From: a virus | Lineage: Duplodnaviria; Caudoviricetes | Length of the DNA stretch: 42,325 bases | IMG/VR virus record: IMGVR_UViG_3300045911_000095 | Location: 1-42,325 of that record | Strand: one strand, 5' to 3' | Shown here: one piece after another, positions 24,284 through 33,422 of the stretch | How positions within the stretch are numbered: the first letter of the stretch is position 1 | Layout: each line of letters begins with the position of its first letter | Notes under the pieces: model-generated | Databases searched by the model: none | Told to the model about the DNA's origin: nothing | Seen by the model: only the letters and a program-made list of their open reading frames with translations | Position numbers and translations under genes: made by a program

Positions 24284-24923
24284 GGGCGCAGGCAAGCCCG
24301 CGCCCCGCTGTGCTGTGCAAGGGTAGTAACACTAACGGCTAGCCTGCCACCTGCATTTATACACTATGCGCCGCTGGCAAAGCCTGACGCACGTGGGCTA
24401 AACCGCCGCTTGGCCTATTGGCCAAGGTTGCCCCCGCTAACACGGGTTGGGGGCCGTTAGCCTTGGCACCATTGCAGGGGTACCGCGCCCTAGGTGCCAA
24501 GGTACTTGCCGCAGGCCAGCCGTACTGCCTTAAGCCTGCCGCCGCGCCGCGCGCGGGCTTTGTGTAACCCCTTACCTATGCGGGGTACCGGCCCCGCGCC
24601 GTGCCGCCCCCTGGCGGCAACCCATACATAGCAGGCAATTCGTAAATAAAAAGTTAAAAATGCGAAAAAATTTCGCGCCGTAAAGCCCGTGCCGTTTTGG
24701 CACAGCGCCAATTTTGTTGCCAAACGTCCTTGCCGCGCCGCGTAGTTTGGCACGGGACTTGCAACGCGCAGGCGCATCGGGCAGGGGCAAACCGGCATTT
24801 CCCCGTCAGGCTCGTTTTAAGCGAAACTGAAGCGAAAGTTCGGGGCTTGGCACCCCTAATACCCTGAACCCCCTTACACGCATTATTTGACTTTTGGCAC
24901 AGTTCTTGCATAGAAAAACGCGG

Positions 24924-25313
24924 TTAACATTTCGTAACCGAAATTTCCACTGCCCCGTTGTCAGTGTCTACGGTTGCGGCCCACTGCCCCGCGCGGCTTA
25001 GCGTCACTTGCAGGCTGGCAAGGCTAGGCGCGCGGCGGGGCGCGCCCAGGGCGGCTAGCACCCGCTGTAGTTGTGCATGGGCCGCGCGCGCCCCCAGCAC
25101 AGTAACCGCGCCTTGCCCCGTTGCCGCGACTTTGTACGTGGTGGACGGGGCGCGGCCGGGTTTCCCATAGCGTTTATTGTTAAGAATTGCTTGGGAATGG
25201 GCGGTTAACGCATCGTTTATTTGCTTGGCGGCGGCGTTGCGCGCGGCTTGGTCGCCATGCAGCAAGGCGTCGCGGGCTTGGGTTAAAAGCGCGTTTAGAA
25301 ATACAGTTAGCAT
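24924..25313 (-). CDS. Hypothetical basic protein, first leftward gene
   Basis: GAGG RBS before MLTVFLN; lies in the GA/TC-poor region. Confidence 0.55.
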   Translation of the reverse strand: MLTVFLNALLTQARDALLHGDQAARNAAAKQINDALTAHSQAILNNKRYGKPGRAPSTTYKVAATGQGAVTVLGARAAHAQLQRVLAALGAPRRAPSLASLQVTLSRAGQWAATVDTDNGAVEISVTKC

Positions 25314-25413
25314 AGTTGTAACCTCTAAGCGGTTGAAAAAAGCCACATTTACACTTTACAAAAACTGCGCCCTAACCTTTATATACCCCCAGTATACTTG
25401 TAAACCCTATTCA

Positions 25414-25428
25414 TTAACTATCTATTAA
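25414..25428. promoter_or_regulatory. CtrA-type box TTAA-N7-TTAA
   Basis: TTAA CTATCTA TTAA upstream of the leftward gene 24924..25313. Confidence 0.5.
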
Positions 25429-25629
25429 TATTCATTAAGTTTCTACCAACTGGTAAAGGGGTAGGGTTAATGTGTAAAGTGTAAATCTTTGCCGCTTAAC
25501 CGCTTGTTATTGTTGCGTTCCTCCCCCGCTGAGACGCACAGATGCGCAGGGGTTTGGGGCCTGAACCTGCCTAACCCCTTGGTAACTATGGCAAAAGAAG
25601 TGTAAAGGAATTTGGTTAATTTGTCCCCC

Positions 25630-25659
25630 TTGTCACGTTAATCACTTCGCTGCTATACC
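25630..25659 (+). promoter_or_regulatory. Putative rightward (late/packaging) sigma70-type promoter
   Basis: TTGTCA-18nt-TATACC with a GC prefix on the -10. Confidence 0.45.
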
Positions 25660-25713
25660 TGCGCCGTCCCCTTGCCCGAAGCCAGCTTTGCGAAAGAGAG
25701 GTAAACGTTCGTA

Positions 25714-25809
25714 GTTACGAAGTCCCTAAGAGACTTGGTTAACGAGAAGTTACGAAGTTCGGTTACGAAGTCCCTAAGAGACATAGTTAACGGGAAGTTA
25801 AGAGATATG
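25714..25809. repeat. Imperfect 48-bp tandem repeat containing CtrA-type boxes
   Basis: GTTACGAAGTCCCTAAGAGAC at 25714 and 25762; TTAA-N7-TTAC at 25739 and TTAA-N7-TTAA at 25787. Confidence 0.8.
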
Positions 25810-25847
25810 GTTAACGTCGAGCCGGAATTCGTTAACTATGATCGGAT

Positions 25848-25893
25848 CGACGGGGCGACCGGGCGACGGGGCGACGGGGCGGCGGGGCGACGG
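25848..25893. repeat. G-rich octamer tandem repeat (CGACGGGG)n
   Basis: cgacggggcgaccgggcgacggggcgacggggcggcggggcgacgg. Confidence 0.8.
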
Positions 25894-26031
25894 ATCGTCG
25901 GATCGACGCGGCGACGGGGGCGGGTGACGGGGGTACCTGCGGGGCGAGGGCGGTGTCGCCTAGCTAATAGCGACCCCCAGAACCGCAGCACGAAATTCTG
26001 AAAGTCATTATACCGAATAAGGAGAACCGAA

Positions 26032-26571
26032 GTGGCACGGCCCAAGAAGAAATACACAGATGCAGTTCTTCGAGAGCGCCACGAACGCGCATTGGCCAAG
26101 CGTCGTGAAAACGCCGCGCGCAAGAAAACTCTGGCGATGGCGGCAAAGGCCGCAGAAGGACAAGCAGACTTCGACGCCCTCATAGCCGCCGAAAAGGCGC
26201 GGCAGAGCGAAGCGCAGGCGCTCAGTGACAAGCGGAGGAATGGTGGTCTTGCCTCTCCAAAAGTCACAGCCAAAGCTCGCGACGATCTGGCCCTTGCTTT
26301 CGAACTCATGGGCGGAGTTCCGGCGCTGGTTGTGTGGGGCCGCGCCAACCCTACGGAATTCTACCGCATCTGGTCGCGCCTTATTCCCAAGCCGGTGGAG
26401 GATGCCAGCCACGCCCTTCCCCTCGAAACCCTGCTGGAGAAGCTGGCCTCCCGCGAAGCGTTGTCGGTGCGTGAGGCCGCTATTCAAGTCGGCGAAGAAC
26501 TTCTGGAAGAAGGTCGCTTGGCCGCAGAAGCCGAAGATGTTGCTGCTGCTACGAAGTTCACAATCAACTAG
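26032..26571 (+). CDS. Putative terminase small subunit
   Basis: TAAGGAG RBS; AFELMGGVPALVVWGRANPTEFYRIWSRLIP motif; first late gene, upstream of TerL. Confidence 0.55.
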   Translation: MARPKKKYTDAVLRERHERALAKRRENAARKKTLAMAAKAAEGQADFDALIAAEKARQSEAQALSDKRRNGGLASPKVTAKARDDLALAFELMGGVPALVVWGRANPTEFYRIWSRLIPKPVEDASHALPLETLLEKLASREALSVREAAIQVGEELLEEGRLAAEAEDVAAATKFTIN

Positions 26572-26581
26572 GAGAAGCCCA

Positions 26582-26905
26582 ATGCCCGCCCCCAAAGGAG
26601 CAAGTCAAGCCGAGCTGGATGCCGCCGCGCGGCGCTATGGGTATGCCAACTATGCGCAGATGAAGGCGCGGCACGACCTGGAAGAACGGCTGCGACAAGA
26701 ACAACGGCCCCGCCAGATGACTATCGGGGATCGGCTGTCGCAGAATCTTCAACGAGCGAAGAAGAATGTGCTGAGTCTGCACCCCGCCACGTTGCTGGAA
26801 CACGTGCGCAGCCGCATGGAACAGACTACGGGGCGGCGAGACTCAAGTATACCGACGAACATTCACGAGCAAGAAATCGAGAACCGCAGGCGTAAGGGGC
26901 ATTAA
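26582..26905 (+). CDS. Hypothetical protein
   Basis: AGGAG RBS before MPAPKGAS. Confidence 0.6.
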   Translation: MPAPKGASQAELDAAARRYGYANYAQMKARHDLEERLRQEQRPRQMTIGDRLSQNLQRAKKNVLSLHPATLLEHVRSRMEQTTGRRDSSIPTNIHEQEIENRRRKGH

Positions 26906-26906
26906 C

Positions 26907-28490
26907 GTGACTGAGCAAGAGCAGCTACTGATGCTTGCGAAGCTGCGAAGTTCGTTCCCGGACTACGCAGAAACGTGCCTGAAGATCAAGACGAAGTCAG
27001 GAGCGCTGATTCCATTCAAGCTGAACTATGCGCAGCAGCGAGTTCATCAGATCATCGAGGAGCAGCGCAGGCGCACAGGCAAGGTTCGCGTTCTGATTCT
27101 CAAGGCGCGGCAGCAGGGCTTCTCCACTTACGTCGCCGCGCGGTTCTATCATCGCGCCAGTTTGAATCACGGGGTCAGCGTTTTCATTCTTACCCATGAG
27201 CAGGCTGCGACCGACAACCTGTTCACGATGGTGGCGCGGTTTCATGAACACAATCCGCTGAAACCTCGCACCGGCGCGGCCAATGCCAAGGAGCTCATCT
27301 TCAGCAAGTTGGACAGCGGTTACTCTGTCGCCACGGCGGGCCAGAAGGCAGTCGGCCGCTCCAAGACGGTGCAACTCTTCCACGGCTCGGAAGTTGCCTT
27401 CTGGCCCAACGCATCGGAGCACTTTGCGGGAGTGATGCAGGCTATTCCAGACCTCGAAGGATCTGAAGTGATCTTGGAGAGCACTGCCAACGGCATTTCC
27501 GGCGAGTTCTACGAGCGTTGGCAGCAGGCCGAGGCAGGAATTGGTGACTATATTCCCATCTTCAGCCCGTGGTTCTGGGAACAGGGCTATCGACGCAAGG
27601 TTCCGCCCGGATTTAAGCTGCGTCGCGACAAGATGCCGGGAGAAGTGGTCAGTGAAGCTGAGTATGCGGAGATCTACGGACTTTCTCTGGAGCAGATGTG
27701 CTGGCGGCGCGCCAAGATTGTGGAGTTGAAAGACCCCATTCTCTTCATGCAGGAATACCCTGCGTCGGCTGAAGAGGCATTTCAGGCTGCTGGGCATGAC
27801 AGCTATATTCGCGGAGAGCTTGTTCTCAAGGCTCGTAAGAACAACATCGTCGATCCGGCAGGGCCGCTGATCATCGGAGTAGATCCGAGCCGTTTTGGTG
27901 ACGACCAATTTGCGATTGTCTGGCGAAAAGGGCGTAAAATCCTCAAACATCGGCTTATCGACAAGGTCGACGCGGTGACTGCCGCCAACATTCTCAAGCA
28001 AATCTTCGATGAAGACGATCCTGACCGTATGTTCATCGATGCGGGCGGTATTGGCGGGCCTGTCGTGGACATGGTCAAGTCATTTGGCCGAAAATACGAC
28101 GTCCGCACGGTCGGTGTCAACTTCGGCGGTGAGCCACAGGAGCCGGAAATCAAGCTCGACGACGGAACTTTGCGTCCTGGCCCCAAGAACAGGCGCGCTG
28201 AGATGTGGATGCGCTCCAAAGAGTGGCTCCAAGATCCGTTGGGCGTGGATATTCCGGATTTTGGAATGTATCAGTCGGACGCCATTGGCCCGAAATACAA
28301 GTATGACATGAACCAGAGGCTCGTTCTGGAGTCCAAGGCCGATATGCGCAAGCGCGGCGTTCGCAGCCCTGATCTGTGGGACGCCGTAGCCCTCACTTTC
28401 GCGGAGCCGGTGTATGTCAAGCGTGAAGATGAGCGTCGAATACGCCAAACTTCGTTGGTTTCGCAGCTGAGTGATGGGTGGATGGTATGA
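26907..28490 (+). CDS. terL: Terminase large subunit
   Basis: LKARQQGFST (Walker A), FHGSEVAFW, ESTANG, nuclease GVDPSRFGDD, IDAGGIG, SPDLWDA. Confidence 0.93.
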   Translation: MTEQEQLLMLAKLRSSFPDYAETCLKIKTKSGALIPFKLNYAQQRVHQIIEEQRRRTGKVRVLILKARQQGFSTYVAARFYHRASLNHGVSVFILTHEQAATDNLFTMVARFHEHNPLKPRTGAANAKELIFSKLDSGYSVATAGQKAVGRSKTVQLFHGSEVAFWPNASEHFAGVMQAIPDLEGSEVILESTANGISGEFYERWQQAEAGIGDYIPIFSPWFWEQGYRRKVPPGFKLRRDKMPGEVVSEAEYAEIYGLSLEQMCWRRAKIVELKDPILFMQEYPASAEEAFQAAGHDSYIRGELVLKARKNNIVDPAGPLIIGVDPSRFGDDQFAIVWRKGRKILKHRLIDKVDAVTAANILKQIFDEDDPDRMFIDAGGIGGPVVDMVKSFGRKYDVRTVGVNFGGEPQEPEIKLDDGTLRPGPKNRRAEMWMRSKEWLQDPLGVDIPDFGMYQSDAIGPKYKYDMNQRLVLESKADMRKRGVRSPDLWDAVALTFAEPVYVKREDERRIRQTSLVSQLSDGWMV

Positions 28491-28657
28491 CTTCGCCTTT
28501 TCACATGAAGATGGAATTGGTTCAGAAGAAGTTGAAGGCGCGCACTCGCCCGGACGGCACGGCGCGGCCTGGATATGAGCAGAACGTGGCCATGTTGCGC
28601 GCAGAACTTGCCATTCTGAACGACCTAATCGACGCGACAAAGGAGAATGAAGCGTGA
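28487..28657 (+). CDS. Small hypothetical protein (56 aa) between terL and portal
   Basis: ATGA/GTGA overlaps on both sides; MTSPFHMKMELVQKKLKARTRPDGTARPGYEQNVAMLRAEL... Confidence 0.6.
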   Translation: MTSPFHMKMELVQKKLKARTRPDGTARPGYEQNVAMLRAELAILNDLIDATKENEA

Positions 28658-30810
28658 ACCCTGACGACGAAAACGATTCTGGCACTCCTGAAGCGCGGGA
28701 ACCGATTATTCCTGATGGCTACAAGAACGAAGAAGACTTTCTCGAGTACGTGCGCAAAGAATATGCGGCCGACGTAGCCTACGACCGCGACAATCGCGAG
28801 GCTGCGCTGAGTGATCTTCGGTTTCTGGCTGGAGATCAGTGGGATCCGCGGGTTCTGGCAATTCGTCAAAAGCAGGGTCGGCCATGTCTGACCATCAATG
28901 TTCTTCCGCAGTTCGTCGGACAGGTCATCGGTGATCGACGCATGAACAAGACAGCTATTCGGGTCGCTCCAAAGCGCGATGGCAACCGCGCCGAGGCGGA
29001 GATTCGCAGCGGCCTGATACGCGGTATCGAAGCAAACTGCCGTGCCGACCGCGCTTACGACGCGGCCTGCGAAGATCAGGTTTCGTGCGGTATCGGCAAT
29101 ATGCGGGTCGATCTTGAGTATGCCGCAAACGATGTCTTCGATCAAGACATCATCATTCGTCACATTCCCAACCCTCTTGCTGTCGTGTGGGATCGTATGA
29201 GCGTCGACCCCACTGGGCGCGACGCGCAGCATTGTTTCGTGGAAGACAGTATTCCAATTTCTGTCTTCGAGAAGATGTATCCGAATGTTCCGCCGCCTAG
29301 CTCACTGGGTGACGACGTCACGGCTACTCTGTCAGCCTCCGGGTGGTTCGAAAAAGATTTCGTGAGACTTACCGAGTTCTGGCGGCTTGTGGACAAGCCT
29401 GCGACATTCGCTTTGATGCAAGATGGTGATGTCAAAGACGTCACTGGTCAGTCGCCTGAAGAATACATGGATATGGTCGCGCTCGACGCCAACGGACAGC
29501 CGCGAATTCGTCAGAGTTACCGCACGTATGCTCGCATGAATATTGTCTGTGGCCATGCAGTGCTGACTGAAGACTACGAAATTCCTCTGACTCGGCTTCC
29601 GATCATCAAGGTCGAGGGGCGTGTGGTACGCGTCGGCGAAGATCGTGTTCGCTTCGGCCTTGTGCGCCTCGCGAAAGACAGCCAACGAATGAAGAACCTG
29701 TGGCGCAGCAACGCCGCAGAACTTCTGGCCCTCGCTCCCAAGGCGCAGTGGATCGCAAGTGAAGATTCGGTCGAAGGGCGCGAGAACGAATGGCGCATGG
29801 CCCATCTGAACGGCGAGCTAATTCTAATTCACAACAAGAACACCGAGCCGCCGCAGCGGCTTGATCCGCCGATTATTCCGGCCGCTTTGCTGCAAGAGGC
29901 GCAACTCAATCAACAGGATATCAAGGACGTCACCGGCATTCACGAGGCTAGTCTCGGAATGCGCTCGAATGAAATCAGCGGGCGCGCGATCAACGCGCGT
30001 AAGATGCAGGGTGACATTGCGGTCGTCACTTACCACGACAACATGAACGCGTCCATTTTGGAAGTCGGCGACGTGGTCAATCAGCTTCTGCCGTTGGCTT
30101 TCGACAATACGCGCACCGCACTCATTATCGGCGAAGATGACAAACGTCTGCTTGTGACGTTGAATGACCCGACTGATGAGAACAGCCCCAACATCACTTC
30201 TGGGCGCTACGAAGTGTCGCTTGAAACCGGTCCGAGCTTCGCCACTCAGCGCGAAGAAGCGCGAGAAGCCATGACCACCCTCGTTCAGACAGCGCCTCAG
30301 CTGTTCGACATTGCGGGTGACCTGCTGGTCAAGAGTATGGACTGGCCGCAGGCGCACGAGATCAGCGAGCGGCTGCGCTCGGCCATGGAGAAGGCGGGGG
30401 TCATCGAGCCGAGTACGGACGAAGCTGATCCACTCGCACAGCAGCAGCAGGCTGGAGACGCTGAGCAGCAGGCGATGATGATGCAGCAGATGCAGGAACA
30501 AGAACTTGCTGCTCAGGCACAACACGCGCAGATGATGCGTGAAATCGAAATGCAGAAAGCCGCAGCTGAGCTTGAACAAGCTCAACTTGCGGCGCGTGAA
30601 GCGCAGGCTCGTGCGGCCAAGGCGGAGGCAGAAGCCCTTCGCGCGCGGGCAGATGCAGCCAAGGCGCAGGCAGAGGCGGCAGCAGCGCCCCTGATGGCGC
30701 AACAAAAAATTGACTTGGCAGAAAGGAGCGCAAGTGCTAAAGAGCTTTCGCTCTCGGCTCGTGCGCAGCAACCCCCGCGACCTAACCGCACACCGAAGAA
30801 AGGCAAATGA
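28654..30810 (+). CDS. Portal protein (P22-like)
   Basis: D.RFLAGDQW, RPCLTIN, G.VRLAKDSQRMKN, SGRAINARK, G.YEV..ETGPSFATQREE, Q/A-rich barrel tail. Confidence 0.92.
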   Translation: MNPDDENDSGTPEAREPIIPDGYKNEEDFLEYVRKEYAADVAYDRDNREAALSDLRFLAGDQWDPRVLAIRQKQGRPCLTINVLPQFVGQVIGDRRMNKTAIRVAPKRDGNRAEAEIRSGLIRGIEANCRADRAYDAACEDQVSCGIGNMRVDLEYAANDVFDQDIIIRHIPNPLAVVWDRMSVDPTGRDAQHCFVEDSIPISVFEKMYPNVPPPSSLGDDVTATLSASGWFEKDFVRLTEFWRLVDKPATFALMQDGDVKDVTGQSPEEYMDMVALDANGQPRIRQSYRTYARMNIVCGHAVLTEDYEIPLTRLPIIKVEGRVVRVGEDRVRFGLVRLAKDSQRMKNLWRSNAAELLALAPKAQWIASEDSVEGRENEWRMAHLNGELILIHNKNTEPPQRLDPPIIPAALLQEAQLNQQDIKDVTGIHEASLGMRSNEISGRAINARKMQGDIAVVTYHDNMNASILEVGDVVNQLLPLAFDNTRTALIIGEDDKRLLVTLNDPTDENSPNITSGRYEVSLETGPSFATQREEAREAMTTLVQTAPQLFDIAGDLLVKSMDWPQAHEISERLRSAMEKAGVIEPSTDEADPLAQQQQAGDAEQQAMMMQQMQEQELAAQAQHAQMMREIEMQKAAAELEQAQLAAREAQARAAKAEAEALRARADAAKAQAEAAAAPLMAQQKIDLAERSASAKELSLSARAQQPPRPNRTPKKGK

Positions 30811-31802
30811 CTATGAGTATCAACAGGGTTCACCAGTTCTATCCCGCTCTTCCGAGCGAACCTGCTACCTCGGAAGGCAACGCGGGCGGCGGGGGCAGCA
30901 GCGCCTCCACACCTGCCAGTGGATCGAGCGCTCCCCCCGCCGATACCCCCGCTCCCGCTCCTGAGTTCGGGGCGGAGGAGAACTTTCAAGATTTTCTGCA
31001 GAGCGTGGCTGAGCATGAAAAGCAGCAGGGGGCTCCTCCGGCAGAGCAGCCGCCTGCGCCTGAACAGCAGGATGAAGCGGCTGATAAAACCGAAGATTCC
31101 AAGCCCGCAACTCCATCTCTCAAAGAACAACTTGCCGAAGCGGTTCGTGCTCGCGAAGCCGCAGAAGCAAGGCTGGCCGCTCTTGAAAAGCCTGCCCCTC
31201 GAGAGGCTCCGCCAGCATCCGCGCAGGACAATGATCCTGAACCCGACCCCGCGAATTACGAATTCGGCCTTGCCGATGCAAAGTATATCGCGGACACGGC
31301 GCGGTGGAACGCTCGGCAGGAATTCGTCGCTCAAGAACAGCAACGAGCCGTCAAGGCTGAACTTGCAGCGATCGAAACCTCGTGGAATCAGCGCATCACT
31401 GACCAGCGGATAGCTGAGCAGTATCCTGATTTCGTCGAGAAGGTGGTGAAGGGTGCTGATCGCGATGATTGGGCACTCAGTGCGGTCGGAGCGCTGCTCA
31501 TCAAGAACAGCGAATTCGGTCCGGACGTGGCTTATCATCTCGCCTCCAATCCGGAGGAGAGCCGCCGCATCGCCGCTATGGATCCTTACGAACAAATGCG
31601 CGCCATTGCCCGTCTGGAGGGACGGTACGAAGCTCTGGCGAGCGCACCCAAGGCTCCTGCAACTCCTCCGAAAGTCGCTCCCAGTGCTCCCAACCCGCCG
31701 AACCGCGTTCGCGGAGCAGGTGGCAAGTTCGCTGTGGATGGCGACACCGAAGATTTCGCTGCTTTTTCGAAATACGCCGATACTGTTCTCAGCAGTCGGT
31801 AA
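30807..31802 (+). CDS. Scaffolding protein
   Basis: Acidic/Pro-rich N-terminus, P.P..YE, YPDF..VV, GPDVAYHLA.NP; lies between portal and coat. Confidence 0.8.
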   Translation: MTMSINRVHQFYPALPSEPATSEGNAGGGGSSASTPASGSSAPPADTPAPAPEFGAEENFQDFLQSVAEHEKQQGAPPAEQPPAPEQQDEAADKTEDSKPATPSLKEQLAEAVRAREAAEARLAALEKPAPREAPPASAQDNDPEPDPANYEFGLADAKYIADTARWNARQEFVAQEQQRAVKAELAAIETSWNQRITDQRIAEQYPDFVEKVVKGADRDDWALSAVGALLIKNSEFGPDVAYHLASNPEESRRIAAMDPYEQMRAIARLEGRYEALASAPKAPATPPKVAPSAPNPPNRVRGAGGKFAVDGDTEDFAAFSKYADTVLSSR

Positions 31803-31817
31803 CAGGAGACTTTCACC

Positions 31818-33050
31818 ATGTCCAATACCCTTCTCAATCCGAAGGTTTACGCCAACGTCATGCTCAAGCTGCTCGTGAACAATCTCGTCATGGGTCGGCT
31901 CGTCACCACGCAGTTCAACAACGAATTCAAGAAGATCGGCTCGACGCTGTACATCAAGCGCCCGCCGGAATTCGTGGTTCGTGAAGGACAGGTCGCGCAG
32001 GTGCAGGATGTGATCGAGGGCGAAGCCCCCATCCGCATCGACCGCCAGCGCGGTGTCGACATCGAGTTCTCTTCGCTGGAAGATACGCTGACCGTCGATG
32101 GTCTGCTCAAGAGCTCGATCATGAACGCGCAGGCTGCGGCGATCGCTCAAGAGATCGACTCCGACCTGATGGAGTGCGTTCTCGAGTTTCCGAACTGGGT
32201 CGGTACTCCCGGCCAGACCATCAACAGTGCGCAGGACTTCTTCGAAGCTCCCAAGCGTCTGGACATGATGGCGGTTCCGGGTTCCGATCGCTGCGGTGTT
32301 CTGGGGCCGAACGACTGGTGGGCGCTAGCGAGCAGCTTCGTCGATCTTCAGACGCAGGAAAACGTCGCGCAAGATGCTCTGCGCCGCGCTCGCCTGCCGA
32401 TGGTCGGCAACGTGCAGCCCTACATGACGCAGTCGGTCGTCAACCTGACCACTGGCTCTCGCGCTCAGTCCGGCGCGGCGCAGGTCAACGGGTCTAACCA
32501 GAACGTTACTTATCTGTCCATCTCGGCCAACGACTACAAACAGACGTTCAACATCAAGAACCTCACGGCTGGTCATACGATCAAGCGCGGCGAGGTCTTC
32601 ACGGCGGCGGGCTGCTATGCGGTCAACCCGCGTACGAAAGCCGACACTGGCTTTCTGTACGAGATGGTCGTTCTGGAAGATGCGGTGGCGGACGGTAGCG
32701 GCAACGCGACCCTCACGATCGCCAATCCGATCATCATCGACGGCCCGTACAAGACCGTCACGGCGGCTCCTGCGAACAACGCGGCCATCACCTGGAAGGG
32801 CGCTGGGAATACGACCTATACTCAGAACGCTGTTTTCCACAAGAGCTCGATCGCTCTGGTCTTCGCCAAGCTGACCGACCCGTTCACGGGAACTGCCAGC
32901 TACGCGACTGATCCGGCAACGGGCGTCACTGTTCGCTACTGGCGGACGAGTGATGGGACGAACGATACCCATATGCACCGTTGGGACGTTCTCTACGGTG
33001 TTCGCAACATCGATCGTCGCCTCGGTACCCGCATCAGCGGCACCGCCTAA
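31818..33050 (+). CDS. Major capsid protein (P22 coat gp5-like)
   Basis: MSNTLLNP, KIGSTLYIKRP, GEVFT.AG..AVNP.TK, RWDVLYG; strongly biased codons; AGGAG RBS. Confidence 0.92.
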   Translation: MSNTLLNPKVYANVMLKLLVNNLVMGRLVTTQFNNEFKKIGSTLYIKRPPEFVVREGQVAQVQDVIEGEAPIRIDRQRGVDIEFSSLEDTLTVDGLLKSSIMNAQAAAIAQEIDSDLMECVLEFPNWVGTPGQTINSAQDFFEAPKRLDMMAVPGSDRCGVLGPNDWWALASSFVDLQTQENVAQDALRRARLPMVGNVQPYMTQSVVNLTTGSRAQSGAAQVNGSNQNVTYLSISANDYKQTFNIKNLTAGHTIKRGEVFTAAGCYAVNPRTKADTGFLYEMVVLEDAVADGSGNATLTIANPIIIDGPYKTVTAAPANNAAITWKGAGNTTYTQNAVFHKSSIALVFAKLTDPFTGTASYATDPATGVTVRYWRTSDGTNDTHMHRWDVLYGVRNIDRRLGTRISGTA

Positions 33051-33064
33051 CGTTCACAATCTAC

Positions 33065-33090
33065 GCGACGCAGCATGGTTGCTGCGTCGC
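33065..33090 (+). other. 11-bp stem hairpin after the coat gene (no U-tract)
   Basis: GCGACGCAGCA-TGGT-TGCTGCGTCGC. Confidence 0.7.
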
Positions 33091-33109
33091 ACTTCAGGAG
33101 AATACCCTC

Positions 33110-33364
33110 ATGTCTCTCAATCCCACCAACAAGCCCGCGCTGGATGCCAAGACCTTCGACAATGGTACTCCCGTCGCCGGCATTCTTCAGCCGAACAATC
33201 GCATCGAGCTGACGGTCGACACTCCGGCCAATACCGCTGCCACGAACACGACTCCGTTCGGGTTCTCCACGGCGGCGCAGGCGAATGCGCTTGTGGCCAA
33301 TGTTCGCGAAATTCGCGCGGCCCTCATCGCGGTCGGCATTCTCAAGGACAACGTGCCGAACTAA
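33110..33364 (+). CDS. Putative head decoration/fibre protein
   Basis: AGGAG RBS; PFGFSTAAQANALVA..IRAALIAVGI; follows the coat gene. Confidence 0.6.
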   Translation: MSLNPTNKPALDAKTFDNGTPVAGILQPNNRIELTVDTPANTAATNTTPFGFSTAAQANALVANVREIRAALIAVGILKDNVPN

Positions 33365-33372
33365 TTGCAACT

Positions 33373-33405
33373 AAGACTCCGCGCTTTATCGGCGCGGAGT
33401 CTTCT
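33373..33405 (+). terminator. Terminator-like hairpin
   Basis: AAGACTCCGCGC-TTTATCG-GCGCGGAGTCTT-CT. Confidence 0.6.
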
Positions 33406-33422
33406 AACCGGAGGAATTCATC

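Noticed and set aside
24330-24920. tRNA/ncRNA or short ORFs (24490..24798, 24572..24790, 24654..24911)
   Set aside because: No cloverleaf or T-loop motif found; the ORFs lack RBS and protein-like composition, though an unannotated RNA cannot be excluded
25714-25809. Possible mini-CRISPR array
   Set aside because: Only two 21-bp copies, and the intervening sequences resemble each other (tandem repeat); no cas operon, and the Cas4-like gene is a typical phage exonuclease
5786-25964. GCTAGGC/GCCTAGC heptamer as a dedicated signal
   Set aside because: About 9-10 copies seen versus roughly 8 expected from base composition; only its co-location with GA/TC-poor islands is notable
30430-30720. CAG/GCG-rich low-complexity stretch as a repeat element
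   Set aside because: Encodes the normal Q/A-rich helical barrel of P22-like portals
30582-32150. 522-aa antisense ORF (similarly 26997..28001 and 29824..30771)
   Set aside because: Lies opposite portal, scaffold, coat or terL genes that have clear motifs
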